A DNA stretch of 64,000 bases from positions 32,001 through 96,000 of the forward strand of contig JAYPVM010000005.1 of the NCBI GenBank assembly GCA_038134595.1, written 5' to 3'. Under the pieces are notes generated by a model, which was not told the DNA's origin, did not search any database, and saw nothing but the letters and a program-made list of their open reading frames with translations. This document shows positions 29,763 to 40,169 of this stretch, piece by piece (position 1 is the first letter of the stretch; each line of letters opens with the position of its first letter). The translations under genes and the position numbers were made by a program. Source of the DNA: Pseudomonadota bacterium. Lineage in GTDB: Bacteria; Bdellovibrionota_C; UBA2361; OMII01.

Positions 29763-31472
29763 ATGAAAAAGTTATTAGCCTCCATCCTTGCAGACGCGAC
29801 AGGTCTAGAAGAATCCGTTGTTTATAAGGCACTTTCGATCCCCAAGACAATAGAACAAGGCGATATTGCATTCCCCTGCTTTCTCCTGGCTAAGTCGTGG
29901 AAGCTTTCTCCGGATCAGTGCAGCGCAAAGCTTTCCTCAATGATCACTCTTCCCTCTACGTTCGCTCGGGCCGAGTGTCAGGGGGCTTATCTAAATATCT
30001 TTTTAAACCGGGAAACCTCGACCCGAGACACCACAAAATCCATTTTGTCCATACAACCCATTCCCGAGCGAAGCAACAGGGGCACTATCGCAATCGACTA
30101 CTCAGGGCCAAACATATCCAAGCCATTTCATGTAGGACACCTGAGAACAACTGTTATCGGTTTCTCCCTTTACAAGCTTTTTTCTCATCTCGGGTTCAAC
30201 GTGATTGGCGTCAATCATTTAGGCGATTGGGGAACTCAATTTGGTTTTGTCTATGCAGGCTGCTCTCTGTGGGGAAAGCCGAAGGACGACATGAACGAGT
30301 TAGTTTCCCGTTACGTGGAGGCTAACCTACTCCGGAAATCCCAAGAGGCGGGCGGCGAGTTAGATAAACCATTGGTGAACGATATCGCCCGCGACTATTT
30401 CATCCGACTCGAGGCTGGGGATCCAGAAGCTGTTGAGTTCTGGAAATGGAACCTTGATATCTCCAAAAAATACTATGAAAAGACCTATGCTCGAATGGGG
30501 ATTACCTTTGATTCCTGGAACGGAGAATCCTTTTATGCACAATTCTTCGACCAGTACATTACTGAACTCAGGGCTAGCGGAATCCTAGAGGAATCTAGAG
30601 GAGCATTCGGAGTCGATTTAGGAAAAGATTTGGGGTTTGCTCGGCTTTTGACCGAGGATGGGCGAACACTGTACCTCACCCGAGATCTAATAACTGCCGA
30701 CTATCGAGAGAACACCTACCACCCCGACCGAATAATTTACGTGGTCGGAGCCCCACAAGCGCTCCACTTTAAACAGCTACGAGAGATACTCCGCAAGATG
30801 GGGCGGTCAGTTGCAGAGAAGATTGTTCATATCTCTTATGGACATGTCCCAGGTATAAGCACTAGGAGCTTAAAGACAGAATCGGGCGATATATCTCTTG
30901 ACGCTCTATTGGATGAGGCACAAGACCGTGCCAAAGAGGCGTATGAATCCGCCGTATCCAAACGACCTGAGGATGTCGACGTCGAGCACGTTGCGCAAGC
31001 AGTCGGGCTTGGTGCAATCTATTTTAATTATTTATGCCGCACCAACAACAAGGAGTTTCATTTCAGCTGGGAAGAGGCGCTTAACTTTAAAGGCGATACG
31101 GGTCCTTATCTGATGTACGCCGTGGCAAGACTTCACAGCATAGAGGAAAAGGCAAAAGCCGTGGGCATAGAGGTCAACGTAGACTGTGATTACAGTTGCC
31201 TACAAGAAACTGAGGCTTGGGAGCTAACAAGTATTCTGCGTAGATTTACTGAGGTTCTAGAAAAAACGGCCGTTGATTATGAACCGTGCAACATCTGCAA
31301 CTACGCTCTCGATCTCGCAAAAAGCATCTCCCGAGCATACCTAAAACTGCGCGTTGTAGGTGAAGATAATATCGAGACGGCTCGTGCGAGACTCACATTG
31401 TTTGTGGCGGCACGAGAGGTTCTCACTACCAGCTTAAACATACTGGGAATAACGCCTCTAAAACGCATGTAA
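29763..31472 (+). CDS. argS: Arginine--tRNA ligase
   Basis: DYSGPNISKPFHVGHLR (HIGH), NHLGDWGTQFG, GDTGPYLMYAVAR, DALR domain ending in RM. Confidence 0.97.
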   Translation: MKKLLASILADATGLEESVVYKALSIPKTIEQGDIAFPCFLLAKSWKLSPDQCSAKLSSMITLPSTFARAECQGAYLNIFLNRETSTRDTTKSILSIQPIPERSNRGTIAIDYSGPNISKPFHVGHLRTTVIGFSLYKLFSHLGFNVIGVNHLGDWGTQFGFVYAGCSLWGKPKDDMNELVSRYVEANLLRKSQEAGGELDKPLVNDIARDYFIRLEAGDPEAVEFWKWNLDISKKYYEKTYARMGITFDSWNGESFYAQFFDQYITELRASGILEESRGAFGVDLGKDLGFARLLTEDGRTLYLTRDLITADYRENTYHPDRIIYVVGAPQALHFKQLREILRKMGRSVAEKIVHISYGHVPGISTRSLKTESGDISLDALLDEAQDRAKEAYESAVSKRPEDVDVEHVAQAVGLGAIYFNYLCRTNNKEFHFSWEEALNFKGDTGPYLMYAVARLHSIEEKAKAVGIEVNVDCDYSCLQETEAWELTSILRRFTEVLEKTAVDYEPCNICNYALDLAKSISRAYLKLRVVGEDNIETARARLTLFVAAREVLTTSLNILGITPLKRM

Positions 31473-31808
31473 GCTCAAACCAACAGGGGAACGGGCGCGG
31501 GCATCCTAAGGCGATATAATTTTCGGACACACCTAACCGCCTGAAAATCAATCAGATTATCCGCTATCTCAAAATAGAACTTAACTTCAAAACATGTTAA
31601 AATGGACTAACGGTGTAGACGTTGAGATACACAAATTTTAATCGCACCGATAACGAATACGTAAACAATTCAAGCAGGGCGTGAAACAAGCACCCCACGA
31701 TTAGAGCAGTTTTAGTGCAAAGAAGAGCAAATCCTTTTTATCCTTATTGAAAAGCGGTCTTTCTACTTACAACACCAAAACCGTCGAAACCAATAAGTTA
31801 CCATTACT

Positions 31809-32954
31809 ATGCAAGATACTGAAAACACCAGCACCACATCGAAGTTCGCCTTTCTCCAGCATGCACAAATCGAAGAGTCACTTCAGAAGCTTGGAATAAC
31901 GACACCCACGCCGGTTCAATCGAGAGCTATTCCAAGCATCCTAGAAGGCGGTGACCACATCGTTGAAGCACAAACCGGTAGTGGAAAGACGCTAGCTTTC
32001 GCGCTTCCAATACTTCTACAGCTACTAAACTCCTCTTCTCAAAGGGGTACGCAATGCCTGATCATCTCGCCAACCAGAGAACTAGCCACTCAAATCTCCT
32101 CGGTCATTACAAATATAACCCCAGACATTGTACCAGCTGTAATAATAGGAGGCGAGCGTCAGGAAAAGCAGATGCGACAACTAAAAAGAGATTCTCGCCT
32201 CATCGTTGGAACACCGGGGAGGATACTTGATCTAATCCAACAGAGAGTCATCGTTCTCAGAAAATGCAAGAGCTTCGTTTTAGATGAGGCCGATGAGATG
32301 CTTTCGATGGGATTTATCGAGGAGGTTCGCTCCATCCTCTCCCGACTCCCTTCAGAACGGCAGGGTCTGTTCTTCAGCGCAACAATTACGCCCAGAGTAC
32401 TTTCCCTTGCGTCTTCATTCTTAAAATCCCCGACTACGATTGAGATCGAAAAGAAAATCGAGAATGCTCCCTCAATTGAACACTTATTCTATCGGGTAGA
32501 TGGAGCTTTAACAGCTAAAGTAGACGCCTTATCGCTTTATCTCGAAAAACATAAGCCATTTTCAACGATCGTTTTCTGCAATACAAAATCTGATACAGAA
32601 CTTGTTGAGATTCTTCTCAAAAAAAGAGGCTTCTCTCCGAGACGGATCAATTCTGACCTTTCACAAAAAGAGCGGGATAAAACAATGGCCGAGTTTCGGT
32701 CGGGAGACTGCAGGTTGCTCATCGCGACAGATGTGGCCGCCCGTGGAATTGACATATCAGACGTCGAGCTCGTCGTTAACTACTCTGTTCACGACACCGT
32801 AGAGACCTATGTTCATAGAACAGGAAGAACAGGCAGGGCAGGTAAAAGCGGCACAGCTCTCTCGCTCGTAGGGCCACAGGACTTCACTACATTTTACACC
32901 CTAAGCAAAACGCTTGGATCTACGCTTCACGAAATCACGTCGCTAGACTCCTAA
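31809..32954 (+). CDS. DEAD-box RNA helicase (core only)
   Basis: PTPVQ, AQTGSGKT, PTRELA, TPGR, DEAD, SAT, ARGID, HRTGRTGR. Confidence 0.95.
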   Translation: MQDTENTSTTSKFAFLQHAQIEESLQKLGITTPTPVQSRAIPSILEGGDHIVEAQTGSGKTLAFALPILLQLLNSSSQRGTQCLIISPTRELATQISSVITNITPDIVPAVIIGGERQEKQMRQLKRDSRLIVGTPGRILDLIQQRVIVLRKCKSFVLDEADEMLSMGFIEEVRSILSRLPSERQGLFFSATITPRVLSLASSFLKSPTTIEIEKKIENAPSIEHLFYRVDGALTAKVDALSLYLEKHKPFSTIVFCNTKSDTELVEILLKKRGFSPRRINSDLSQKERDKTMAEFRSGDCRLLIATDVAARGIDISDVELVVNYSVHDTVETYVHRTGRTGRAGKSGTALSLVGPQDFTTFYTLSKTLGSTLHEITSLDS

Positions 32955-33181
32955 ATCGTCATCAAACCTAGAGAAGCCGCTCGAGAGACCCTACAGCATA
33001 TGACCAGTCCGTGGGGTTGCACGACCAGGCGTGGCGCATAGTCCGTTACTGATTCGGCCTAGTTTGCGATTTTCGGAGCCCTTAATAATAAACAACAAGG
33101 CCACCGCTCGTCTTTGAAATCTACTCTGACAAAGGGCGCACAACATATACCGCAGTCACTAGCTAAGCATACTGTTATCCG

Positions 33182-34261
33182 ATGCTTGGTATATTTTTTT
33201 TCTTCATCACGGGCCTTTTTTTACTCATTTTTGGAGCCGAACTATTTGTTAAAGGAGCGACTTCCGTATCCCGGAACGTTGGAATTTCACCTCTGTTTAT
33301 CGGTCTTACTATCGTTGCACTCGGAACAAGCTTACCAGAGATATTTGTGACAACAATTAGCGTTCTGAGGGGAGCTCAATCTCTAGCAATTGGAAATCTC
33401 ATAGGAAGCAACCTTGCAAATCTACTACTGATAGGTGGAGGATCTGCAATAATTGGAGAGCTGATCGTAGCTCGCTCGGTCGTGTATTTTCATGGGCCTA
33501 CCATGGTAGGAGTAACCGCAGTCGGATACGTACTCTGCGCCGATGAGGCACTGAAGGGATTTGAGGGTATTACGCTATTCATCACATTTCTATGTTACAT
33601 CACCCTAGCAACCTATATCGAAGGCGGGCAGAATGTAAGAGGCCATTATCCTAAACACAACTCAGCGGGCCGAGAGCATAACCGGACTCGGCTACTTATC
33701 GGAAATGCCGCCGTCGCACTAACAGGTCTTGTACTCCTTCTGGTGGGCTCTGATTGGCTGGTGCAATCAGCAACTCGTTTTTCTCGACTGATGGGCCTTA
33801 GTGAACTTGTAATTGGCCTGACTGTCGTTGCCGTCGGCACCTCACTACCCGAATTCGCCACATCAATCGTAGCGACAGCACGAGGACAACAAGAGCTTGC
33901 GCTAGGTAATATAATTGGCTCGAATATAACCAACCTTTCATTAGTCCTAGGTATCGCTGTGTCTTCCTCCAAAGATATGAAAATCGATGCCCGAGTACTC
34001 TCGTGGGACTTTCCGCTACTACTCGTTACTACAAGCTTTATGTATCTAATATTTAAAACCACACCAAGAATTCGCACCAATACCGGCCTTACCCTTCTTT
34101 GCGTATATCTACTTTATGTTACACATGCGATTCTTACCGCTATTAGTCATCCGCTCGAACCTCTCACAGCCTGGACACTAGTCGCAATGATTCTAGGTGT
34201 GGGCCTATTTTTTGCTCTGCGACTTAGACTAAGAAGCCGTCAACACAAATCACGCTTTTAG
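33182..34261 (+). CDS. Calcium/sodium antiporter (CaCA family, YrbG-like)
   Basis: Two alpha repeats GTSLPE...GN(L/I)IGSN. Confidence 0.92.
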   Translation: MLGIFFFFITGLFLLIFGAELFVKGATSVSRNVGISPLFIGLTIVALGTSLPEIFVTTISVLRGAQSLAIGNLIGSNLANLLLIGGGSAIIGELIVARSVVYFHGPTMVGVTAVGYVLCADEALKGFEGITLFITFLCYITLATYIEGGQNVRGHYPKHNSAGREHNRTRLLIGNAAVALTGLVLLLVGSDWLVQSATRFSRLMGLSELVIGLTVVAVGTSLPEFATSIVATARGQQELALGNIIGSNITNLSLVLGIAVSSSKDMKIDARVLSWDFPLLLVTTSFMYLIFKTTPRIRTNTGLTLLCVYLLYVTHAILTAISHPLEPLTAWTLVAMILGVGLFFALRLRLRSRQHKSRF

Positions 34262-34327
34262 TTTAATTGTGCACACTTCTTATGGTATAGAACATACAAT
34301 AGCCCCCTATTTAGAAGGAAACATAGT

Positions 34328-34678
34328 ATGTCTCTAACCCTCCGCGAGCTTCAAACACGTATACTAGATTTTCGCGACGCGCGCGATTGGGCGCAATTCC
34401 ACACGCCTAAGGACCTCGCAATGAGCCTTTCTATCGAGGCTAACGAGCTGCTAGAATTGTTTTTATGGAAGGATTCATCAAAAGCTAAACCAGAGGACAT
34501 CGCTGATGAAATTGCAGATGTCATCCACACAGCTCTTCTCATCGCAGAACGCTACAACATAGATGTAGAGCAAGCCTGCACGGCCAAACTGATAAAAAAC
34601 GAGAGAAAATACCCGATAGAAAAAAGCAAAGGGACGAACCTTAAGTACACTGAACTAAACGCTAAAGTCAGCGAGTAG
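34328..34678 (+). CDS. MazG-like nucleotide pyrophosphohydrolase (dCTPase-like)
   Basis: FRDARDWAQFHTPKDLA, EANELLELF, DEIADV, KNERKYP. Confidence 0.9.
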   Translation: MSLTLRELQTRILDFRDARDWAQFHTPKDLAMSLSIEANELLELFLWKDSSKAKPEDIADEIADVIHTALLIAERYNIDVEQACTAKLIKNERKYPIEKSKGTNLKYTELNAKVSE

Positions 34679-34768
34679 AAAGTCACCGAGTAGCCACTTG
34701 GGTTAGCCCCTCGGGCTCATCTACGCTACAAGAGCCTTTTGCTCTGGCTGTTGAGCACTATGATTTCA

Positions 34769-35632
34769 CTAGAAGTTTCTAATCAGAACCTCGTCGACCT
34801 CTCCCCTCTTATTAGCGTTTGCATTGATAGCTCGTTGCGCTTTAACTGACGTGATTTTGTAACCGCTATATAACTCGCGTATGATAAAACTCGAAGAGTT
34901 GGAAAGGAGCCATTTGACTCCAGCGCCATCTAAACGGACGCACAAATCACGAAGAGCTGTTTGCATATCGATAGTGAATCGATCTGCCGTATAGCTAGTA
35001 AATGACGATGTGCTCGTAAGAGGAATATACGGCGGGTCGAAATAGACAAAATCATCAGGCGTAATCCTGGACTCAATATCTAAAAAACTCCCGCACTCAA
35101 CCTCAATTCCCTGAAGAGCTTTACTACACGAAATCAGATTCACGCGGTCGGCAATAGTCGGATTGCGATATCGCCCAAACGGCACGTTAAATTGGCCCTT
35201 ACTATTGACGCGATACAAGCCGTTAAAACATGTCTTGTTGAGATAGATAAAACGAGCCGCACGCTCAACACTTGACCTTTCGGCAAAGCCAGGCACTCGG
35301 TCCCACTCCCTTAGCGAATAAAAAGTCTCCTCGTCATGAGCATATTTCTCTAACTCACCGATTAAGCTTTCAACGTCCTGTTGAACAACTCGATAGGCGT
35401 TAACCAGCTCCTCGTTGGCATCAATAAGAGACGCCTCAGTCGGTGCTAGGTGAAAAAAAACTGCCCCACCTCCAACAAATGGCTCCCAGTATCGTTTAAA
35501 ATGTAGAGGCGCGTGCTTTCGAATTTCAGTTAGAAGCTGGTGCTTACCGCCCGCCCACTTAACAAAAGGTCGAGCGGTAACCAGAGGCTCCGTAGTTTCA
35601 TCAAGCGTTCGAGCAGTATTGTCTTCTCCCAT
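34769..35632 (-). CDS. dam: DNA adenine methyltransferase (Dam/DpnM family)
   Basis: KWAGGK, EPFVGGGAV, FNGLYRVN...FNVPFG, DPPY, SNS; GATC specificity is inferred only. Confidence 0.88.
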   Translation of the reverse strand: MGEDNTARTLDETTEPLVTARPFVKWAGGKHQLLTEIRKHAPLHFKRYWEPFVGGGAVFFHLAPTEASLIDANEELVNAYRVVQQDVESLIGELEKYAHDEETFYSLREWDRVPGFAERSSVERAARFIYLNKTCFNGLYRVNSKGQFNVPFGRYRNPTIADRVNLISCSKALQGIEVECGSFLDIESRITPDDFVYFDPPYIPLTSTSSFTSYTADRFTIDMQTALRDLCVRLDGAGVKWLLSNSSSFIIRELYSGYKITSVKAQRAINANANKRGEVDEVLIRNF

Positions 35633-35781
35633 ACCAATAACTTTTCAAAGCGAGTCGAACGCTTCGTCAACATGTCCGCGTTACGTAACTTAATCAAAGA
35701 TAGAACTCTATTTGTACTAATTAAGGCAGGGTGTGGCAAGAAGATAGCAACAAAACCGCAAAAATGCCGAACACACGCCCG

Positions 35782-36903
35782 TCAATCTGCTTGCTCCGCA
35801 AACAAATAACGATACGCCTTAGAGGGGCGGTTCAAATCATACTGGGCTCTCCATGCTTCGGGCAGCTCATCTCTAGAGACCTTGGCAAATCCGATACGTT
35901 CGAAGAATTTCCCTACATAATCCTGTACGGTGAGCGCAAAAACATAACGACGGCCCTGTGCCCGAGCCTTTTCAAGCAAAGCTTCTACCACAGCTTTCGC
36001 TCTCCCTTTAGCCTGATATCGTGGCAAGGTACACAACTTCGAGAGCTCACTTGCATCGCCAAACTCTATGAGTGCCGCTCCAGCAACGACTTGAGAGTTT
36101 ACAGTATACACCCAAAATGACGGGATAAGCTCCAACAACTTCTCCTCTGACATTACAGTCAAAGAGCCATCTGCTATCTGAGGAGTCATAATAGCCATAA
36201 GTTCCCGCACATCATTTGGCTCCGCGGGACGAAGCTCGTTGGTATACTCCCTTGAAAAGAGCGTCCCCGAGCCCGCATGTGTAAACACTTCCTCATAGAC
36301 ACTTCCCTCGCGAGCACCCACAAGAACAACATCAATACCGGTGCGTTCCTGCTCTCGAAGAAGCATCTCGAGGCTACTTACCGGCATATTGACGGACACC
36401 CCTTCTGATACCGCCTTTCGCACACTATCAGGCGTCGGGTAGGATTGGAACGTATCACCAAACCGGAGCCCCTCATCCTGAATCGAAAAAAACATCTTCT
36501 TTGCCTCGAGCGCTTCGGAGACCATAAAAACATCTCTCTGCAATTGAGCCTCCCTGTCACAAACAGCTTGCCCAAACTCGACGAAAACAACCGGCACCTG
36601 TCCTCGACTTAAGGCTTCACTAACACTACCAACGACTACATCGCTTACATCGTCGCCATCCCGTAGGTGAATTAATCCAAAATTGTCACCAGCCTTTATC
36701 CAGGTTTGAAAGCTTCCCATAAGGGGCTCATCATAAGGAGTGAAAACAACATGCCTAATGCGCGCTGCATGAAGCACTCGGAGGTCCATCAGCAATCGCC
36801 TACAGTGCTCCGCGCTGAAGAAACAAAAGGAAAAAAGTTGATTTCGGAACCGTCGGCAATAATGAAGAAATTCAAGCGACGATAACATCTGACTAGTTAT
36901 CAA
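35782..36903 (-). CDS. argA: Amino-acid N-acetyltransferase (ArgA-like: divergent kinase-like domain + GNAT)
   Basis: EEVFTHAGSGT linker (cf. ELFSRDGIGT); GNAT with YQAKGRA, FALT, FFERIGF, YDLNRPSK. Confidence 0.78.
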   Translation of the reverse strand: MITSQMLSSLEFLHYCRRFRNQLFSFCFFSAEHCRRLLMDLRVLHAARIRHVVFTPYDEPLMGSFQTWIKAGDNFGLIHLRDGDDVSDVVVGSVSEALSRGQVPVVFVEFGQAVCDREAQLQRDVFMVSEALEAKKMFFSIQDEGLRFGDTFQSYPTPDSVRKAVSEGVSVNMPVSSLEMLLREQERTGIDVVLVGAREGSVYEEVFTHAGSGTLFSREYTNELRPAEPNDVRELMAIMTPQIADGSLTVMSEEKLLELIPSFWVYTVNSQVVAGAALIEFGDASELSKLCTLPRYQAKGRAKAVVEALLEKARAQGRRYVFALTVQDYVGKFFERIGFAKVSRDELPEAWRAQYDLNRPSKAYRYLFAEQAD

Positions 36904-37308
36904 TGAAACTGCCCCGCATTTACCATTACAAAAGACGTCAAACCAAAAGAGATATATTCGCTTTGATACCCAAAAAATTCCTCAGTCCACTCTTAAGACT
37001 GCAATGCATACGCCCTATCTCATCTTTTTTATTTAAAGGCACATGCCTTTCAAAAAAAGGCTTTGTCCCCCAAAAATACTACAGACCAAAAACTCGGTAG
37101 TAAAGCCGCCTGCTCGCAATACTCAGTCAACACAGCATCCTCCATAAATCAATCCTGCGTGTAGCTTCCTTCTTCCGAGTTCTAACGGGGCGGTGAAAAT
37201 TCTCCCGCGATAAGGGGTAAAATCCGGCATACTTAGATACCCGCTAACCTCCGCCTAGAACGGGCAATCTCGAATGGGATAATCAAAATTCGTTGGAGGT
37301 CAAAAACT

Positions 37309-37394
37309 TGGTGCCCAGGGCGAGACTTGAACTCGCACGACCTTTCGGTCCCAGGATTTTAAGTCCTGTATGTCTACCATTCCATCACCCGGGC
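37309..37394 (-). tRNA. tRNA-Leu(TAA)
   Basis: GCCCGGGTGATGGAATGGTAGACATACAGGACTTAAAATCCTGGGACCGAAAGGTCGTGCGAGTTCAAGTCTCGCCCTGGGCACCA: cloverleaf, long variable arm, encoded CCA. Confidence 0.97.
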
Positions 37395-37481
37395 AGAAAT
37401 TAGAGAAAACGCCTACTTACAGACGCCAACACGGCGAAAGCTTAGCACTATCTTACAACAACGCCAAGAGCCTTACTGAGA

Positions 37482-39275
37482 TTACTCAACGGTTGGCTTT
37501 TCTGGAGGTACTACTCGAATATGAACATCCTGCAATGCCTTATCACTTGGCACCCCGGGAGCTCCCATAAGAAGGTCTTCGACACTTTGTGCCATCGGGA
37601 ATGCTATAACATCCCGTATGGCCTCCTCTTGGGCGAGCAGCATAACAATCCTGTCAATACCAGGGGCAAAACCACCGTGAGGTGGCGCGCCAAACTTAAA
37701 GGCGTTAATCATACCACCAAACTTCTCCTCAACGTCGCGTCGGGTGTAGCCAGCGATCTCAAATGCCTTATACATAATTTCAGGCTTATGATTCCTAATC
37801 GCTCCACTAGATAATTCATAACCATTACAAACGATATCATACTGAAACGCCTTGATGTCGTAAGGGCCCTGCTCCTCAAGGGCTTGCAATTCCCCCTGTG
37901 GCATTGAAAAAGGATTGTGACTAAACACAATTTTTCGAGCGTCTTCGTCCCACTCATACATCGGATAGTCAGTAATCCAACAGAAACGGTATCCACCAGA
38001 CAGCAACGAAAAATCTTGTCCAAGCTTCGTCAAAAGCCTGCCAAGGTGCGGAAGGATGCGTCCTGCCTCGCCTGCACCAAAAAAGACAACTTGACCTGGC
38101 GAGAGGTCTAGAGATTTAACCAACGCTTGCCTTTCGTCTTCACCGATAAACTTTAAGATAGATCCTCTCCAGCCATCCTCTTCAAATATTAAATAGGCTA
38201 ATCCACTACCGCTCCACTTGGTAAACAATGCGATCGTATCATCAAAATATTTTCTAGCAGGAGCCTCCATCACAGGCAAAGCGATGGCAAATATATCACC
38301 TCCCTGAGATATTACATTACTAAAAACCTTAAACTCCGTTGCGCGGAAAGCATCACTCACCTTGTTAATCCGCAAGGGATTCCTAAGGTCAGGTTTATCT
38401 GAGCCAAACTGCTCTAATGCTTGCTTGTAAGGAATCCTTGTAAACGGCGGTTTCGTCACTTCCTCCGAACCAAACTCAGAGAAAAGTGAATACATAAGGT
38501 ACTCTCCGATCTCAAACACATCATCCTGCTCTACAAATGACATCTCCACGTCCAATTGATAAAACTCACCGGGCGAGCGATCCGCGCGAGGATCCTCATC
38601 GCGAAAGCATGGAGCTATTTGAAAATATCTATCAAATCCCGAGACCATCAAGAGCTGTTTAAACTGTTGCGGCGCCTGCGGCAAAGCAAAAAACTTTCCT
38701 GGATGAAACCTAGACGGAACCAGAAAATCCCTCGCACCCTCTGGAGAGCTGCTTGTTAAAATCGGCGTTTGGAATTCATTAAATCCACGGCTATGCATTA
38801 ACTCTCGAATTCTCCGGATAACTTGTCCACGAAGGAGGATGTTCTGATGAACTTTTTCTCGTCGAAGATCAAGAAAGCGATATGCCAAGCGAGTGGTTTC
38901 GGGCGCCTTATCGTCTTCAGCTATCTGAAATGGTAGGACCTCACACTCGGATAAGACCTCAAGTCTCTCGCAGTGAACCTCAATCTCCCCCGTCTCCACC
39001 TTAGGATTAATCATAGCTTCATCACGACGTCTTACCGTACCTGTGATTTTAATGACCGACTCCACACGGACTCGCTGTATAGCCTCCACACTGCTATCAT
39101 TGAAAACAACCTGGTTCTGGCCGTAATTATCTCTCAGATCAACAAAAACAACTCCACCGTGATCGCGCTTTCTCAGTATCCAGCCGGATAATGTAACTTG
39201 GCTTCCCTCATTAGCTGAACGCAGCGCTCCACAAGAATGACTCCTGTACGCACTCTCTAGCTGTGTCTTCTCCAT
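37482..39275 (-). CDS. aspS: Aspartate--tRNA ligase
   Basis: YRSHSCG, RDHGG, PEGARDF, PQQFKQ, FRDED, GAPPHGG..PGIDR; start set at ATG 39275. Confidence 0.97.
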   Translation of the reverse strand: MEKTQLESAYRSHSCGALRSANEGSQVTLSGWILRKRDHGGVVFVDLRDNYGQNQVVFNDSSVEAIQRVRVESVIKITGTVRRRDEAMINPKVETGEIEVHCERLEVLSECEVLPFQIAEDDKAPETTRLAYRFLDLRREKVHQNILLRGQVIRRIRELMHSRGFNEFQTPILTSSSPEGARDFLVPSRFHPGKFFALPQAPQQFKQLLMVSGFDRYFQIAPCFRDEDPRADRSPGEFYQLDVEMSFVEQDDVFEIGEYLMYSLFSEFGSEEVTKPPFTRIPYKQALEQFGSDKPDLRNPLRINKVSDAFRATEFKVFSNVISQGGDIFAIALPVMEAPARKYFDDTIALFTKWSGSGLAYLIFEEDGWRGSILKFIGEDERQALVKSLDLSPGQVVFFGAGEAGRILPHLGRLLTKLGQDFSLLSGGYRFCWITDYPMYEWDEDARKIVFSHNPFSMPQGELQALEEQGPYDIKAFQYDIVCNGYELSSGAIRNHKPEIMYKAFEIAGYTRRDVEEKFGGMINAFKFGAPPHGGFAPGIDRIVMLLAQEEAIRDVIAFPMAQSVEDLLMGAPGVPSDKALQDVHIRVVPPEKPTVE

Positions 39276-39560
39276 TTTTTCCCTTTTGTTGTAGAGTAAA
39301 CGAAAACCCAATCCATTACTCTCTGAACCAATACGCCGTCTCGTCCCAAGTCTTAGAGCCACGCAGCTCTTATGTCTCATCCGAAACGGTTTCAAGCCCT
39401 ACCCCCCACTTCAGATCCCACATCCTGTATTGATATAGGTGAACAAGGCGGCCCGCCCCCTGGCGAATTTAGGCTCCGTCAAAGTAGTACTACGAATCAA
39501 AGTTTTCGTCATCTATTTGAGCAAATTAAATGACAGATAAGGCATAGAAATAAAAGGAGT

Positions 39561-40034
39561 TTAGCGACCAAGTAGGCCAACTGAACGTAATTGCCTACGG
39601 CAAGCCTCCCTTGTGCCCATTAAAAACGAGCGATTACCCTCAGATCCGCTACCTCGAAAATGGGCTAGACTGGGAATCCCGCTGCTAGAATCAAAATTGG
39701 CTACCATTATCGCTCCGGCCGTCTGCAAAAGAAGCTTGGTACAAAACTGGGCCGATACGCCTTCTAATGTCTTAAAGCAAGAAACTCTCTTGTATTCGCC
39801 AAACTGTTCGACGAACAGCCACCCTGGGCTCTCAAATGTATCTGATGAGCTAAAGAAATCGGGCACCACCTCTCCCCTATCCTGTAAGAAAATACGGACA
39901 AACGCCTGAGGTTCTGACAAGCGTAGCTTTCGGACAACTGACTGAACATATGTAACAAATGAGCCCTCAGCAGACGGACAGCGCAAATCTCCTAACGGAT
40001 CTCTTTTTGACTCATTGTAACTAGCCTGAAACAT
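39561..40034 (-). CDS. Hypothetical protein
   Basis: 157-aa ORF with GAGGA SD; no motif recognised. Confidence 0.6.
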   Translation of the reverse strand: MFQASYNESKRDPLGDLRCPSAEGSFVTYVQSVVRKLRLSEPQAFVRIFLQDRGEVVPDFFSSSDTFESPGWLFVEQFGEYKRVSCFKTLEGVSAQFCTKLLLQTAGAIMVANFDSSSGIPSLAHFRGSGSEGNRSFLMGTREACRRQLRSVGLLGR

Positions 40035-40169
40035 TATATCCTCAAAACAGCCAGTCTACGACAATTTGGCTGACCTTCTTTTGATGCCGGCCGGAAGGCC
40101 AAGGTTCAGAACAGGTGAAGTGTCTGGATAAAAGACAAAAAGATTTCCAAAGCTCTTATATACGGCTAG

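Noticed and set aside
5348..35632. Two SNF2s, HerA, DEAD helicase, MazG and Dam as one defence island
   Set aside because: Dispersed over 30 kb among core genes (sdh, dus, argS, mgtE), with no operon linkage or mobility genes
37309..37394. tRNA-Leu as an integration site for an island
   Set aside because: No integrase and no repeated tRNA 3' end seen; flanking genes are housekeeping
40069..40110. GGCC-GGAA-GGCC hairpin resembling SRP RNA domain IV
   Set aside because: Lacks the conserved CAGG/AGCA internal loop and the long closing helix
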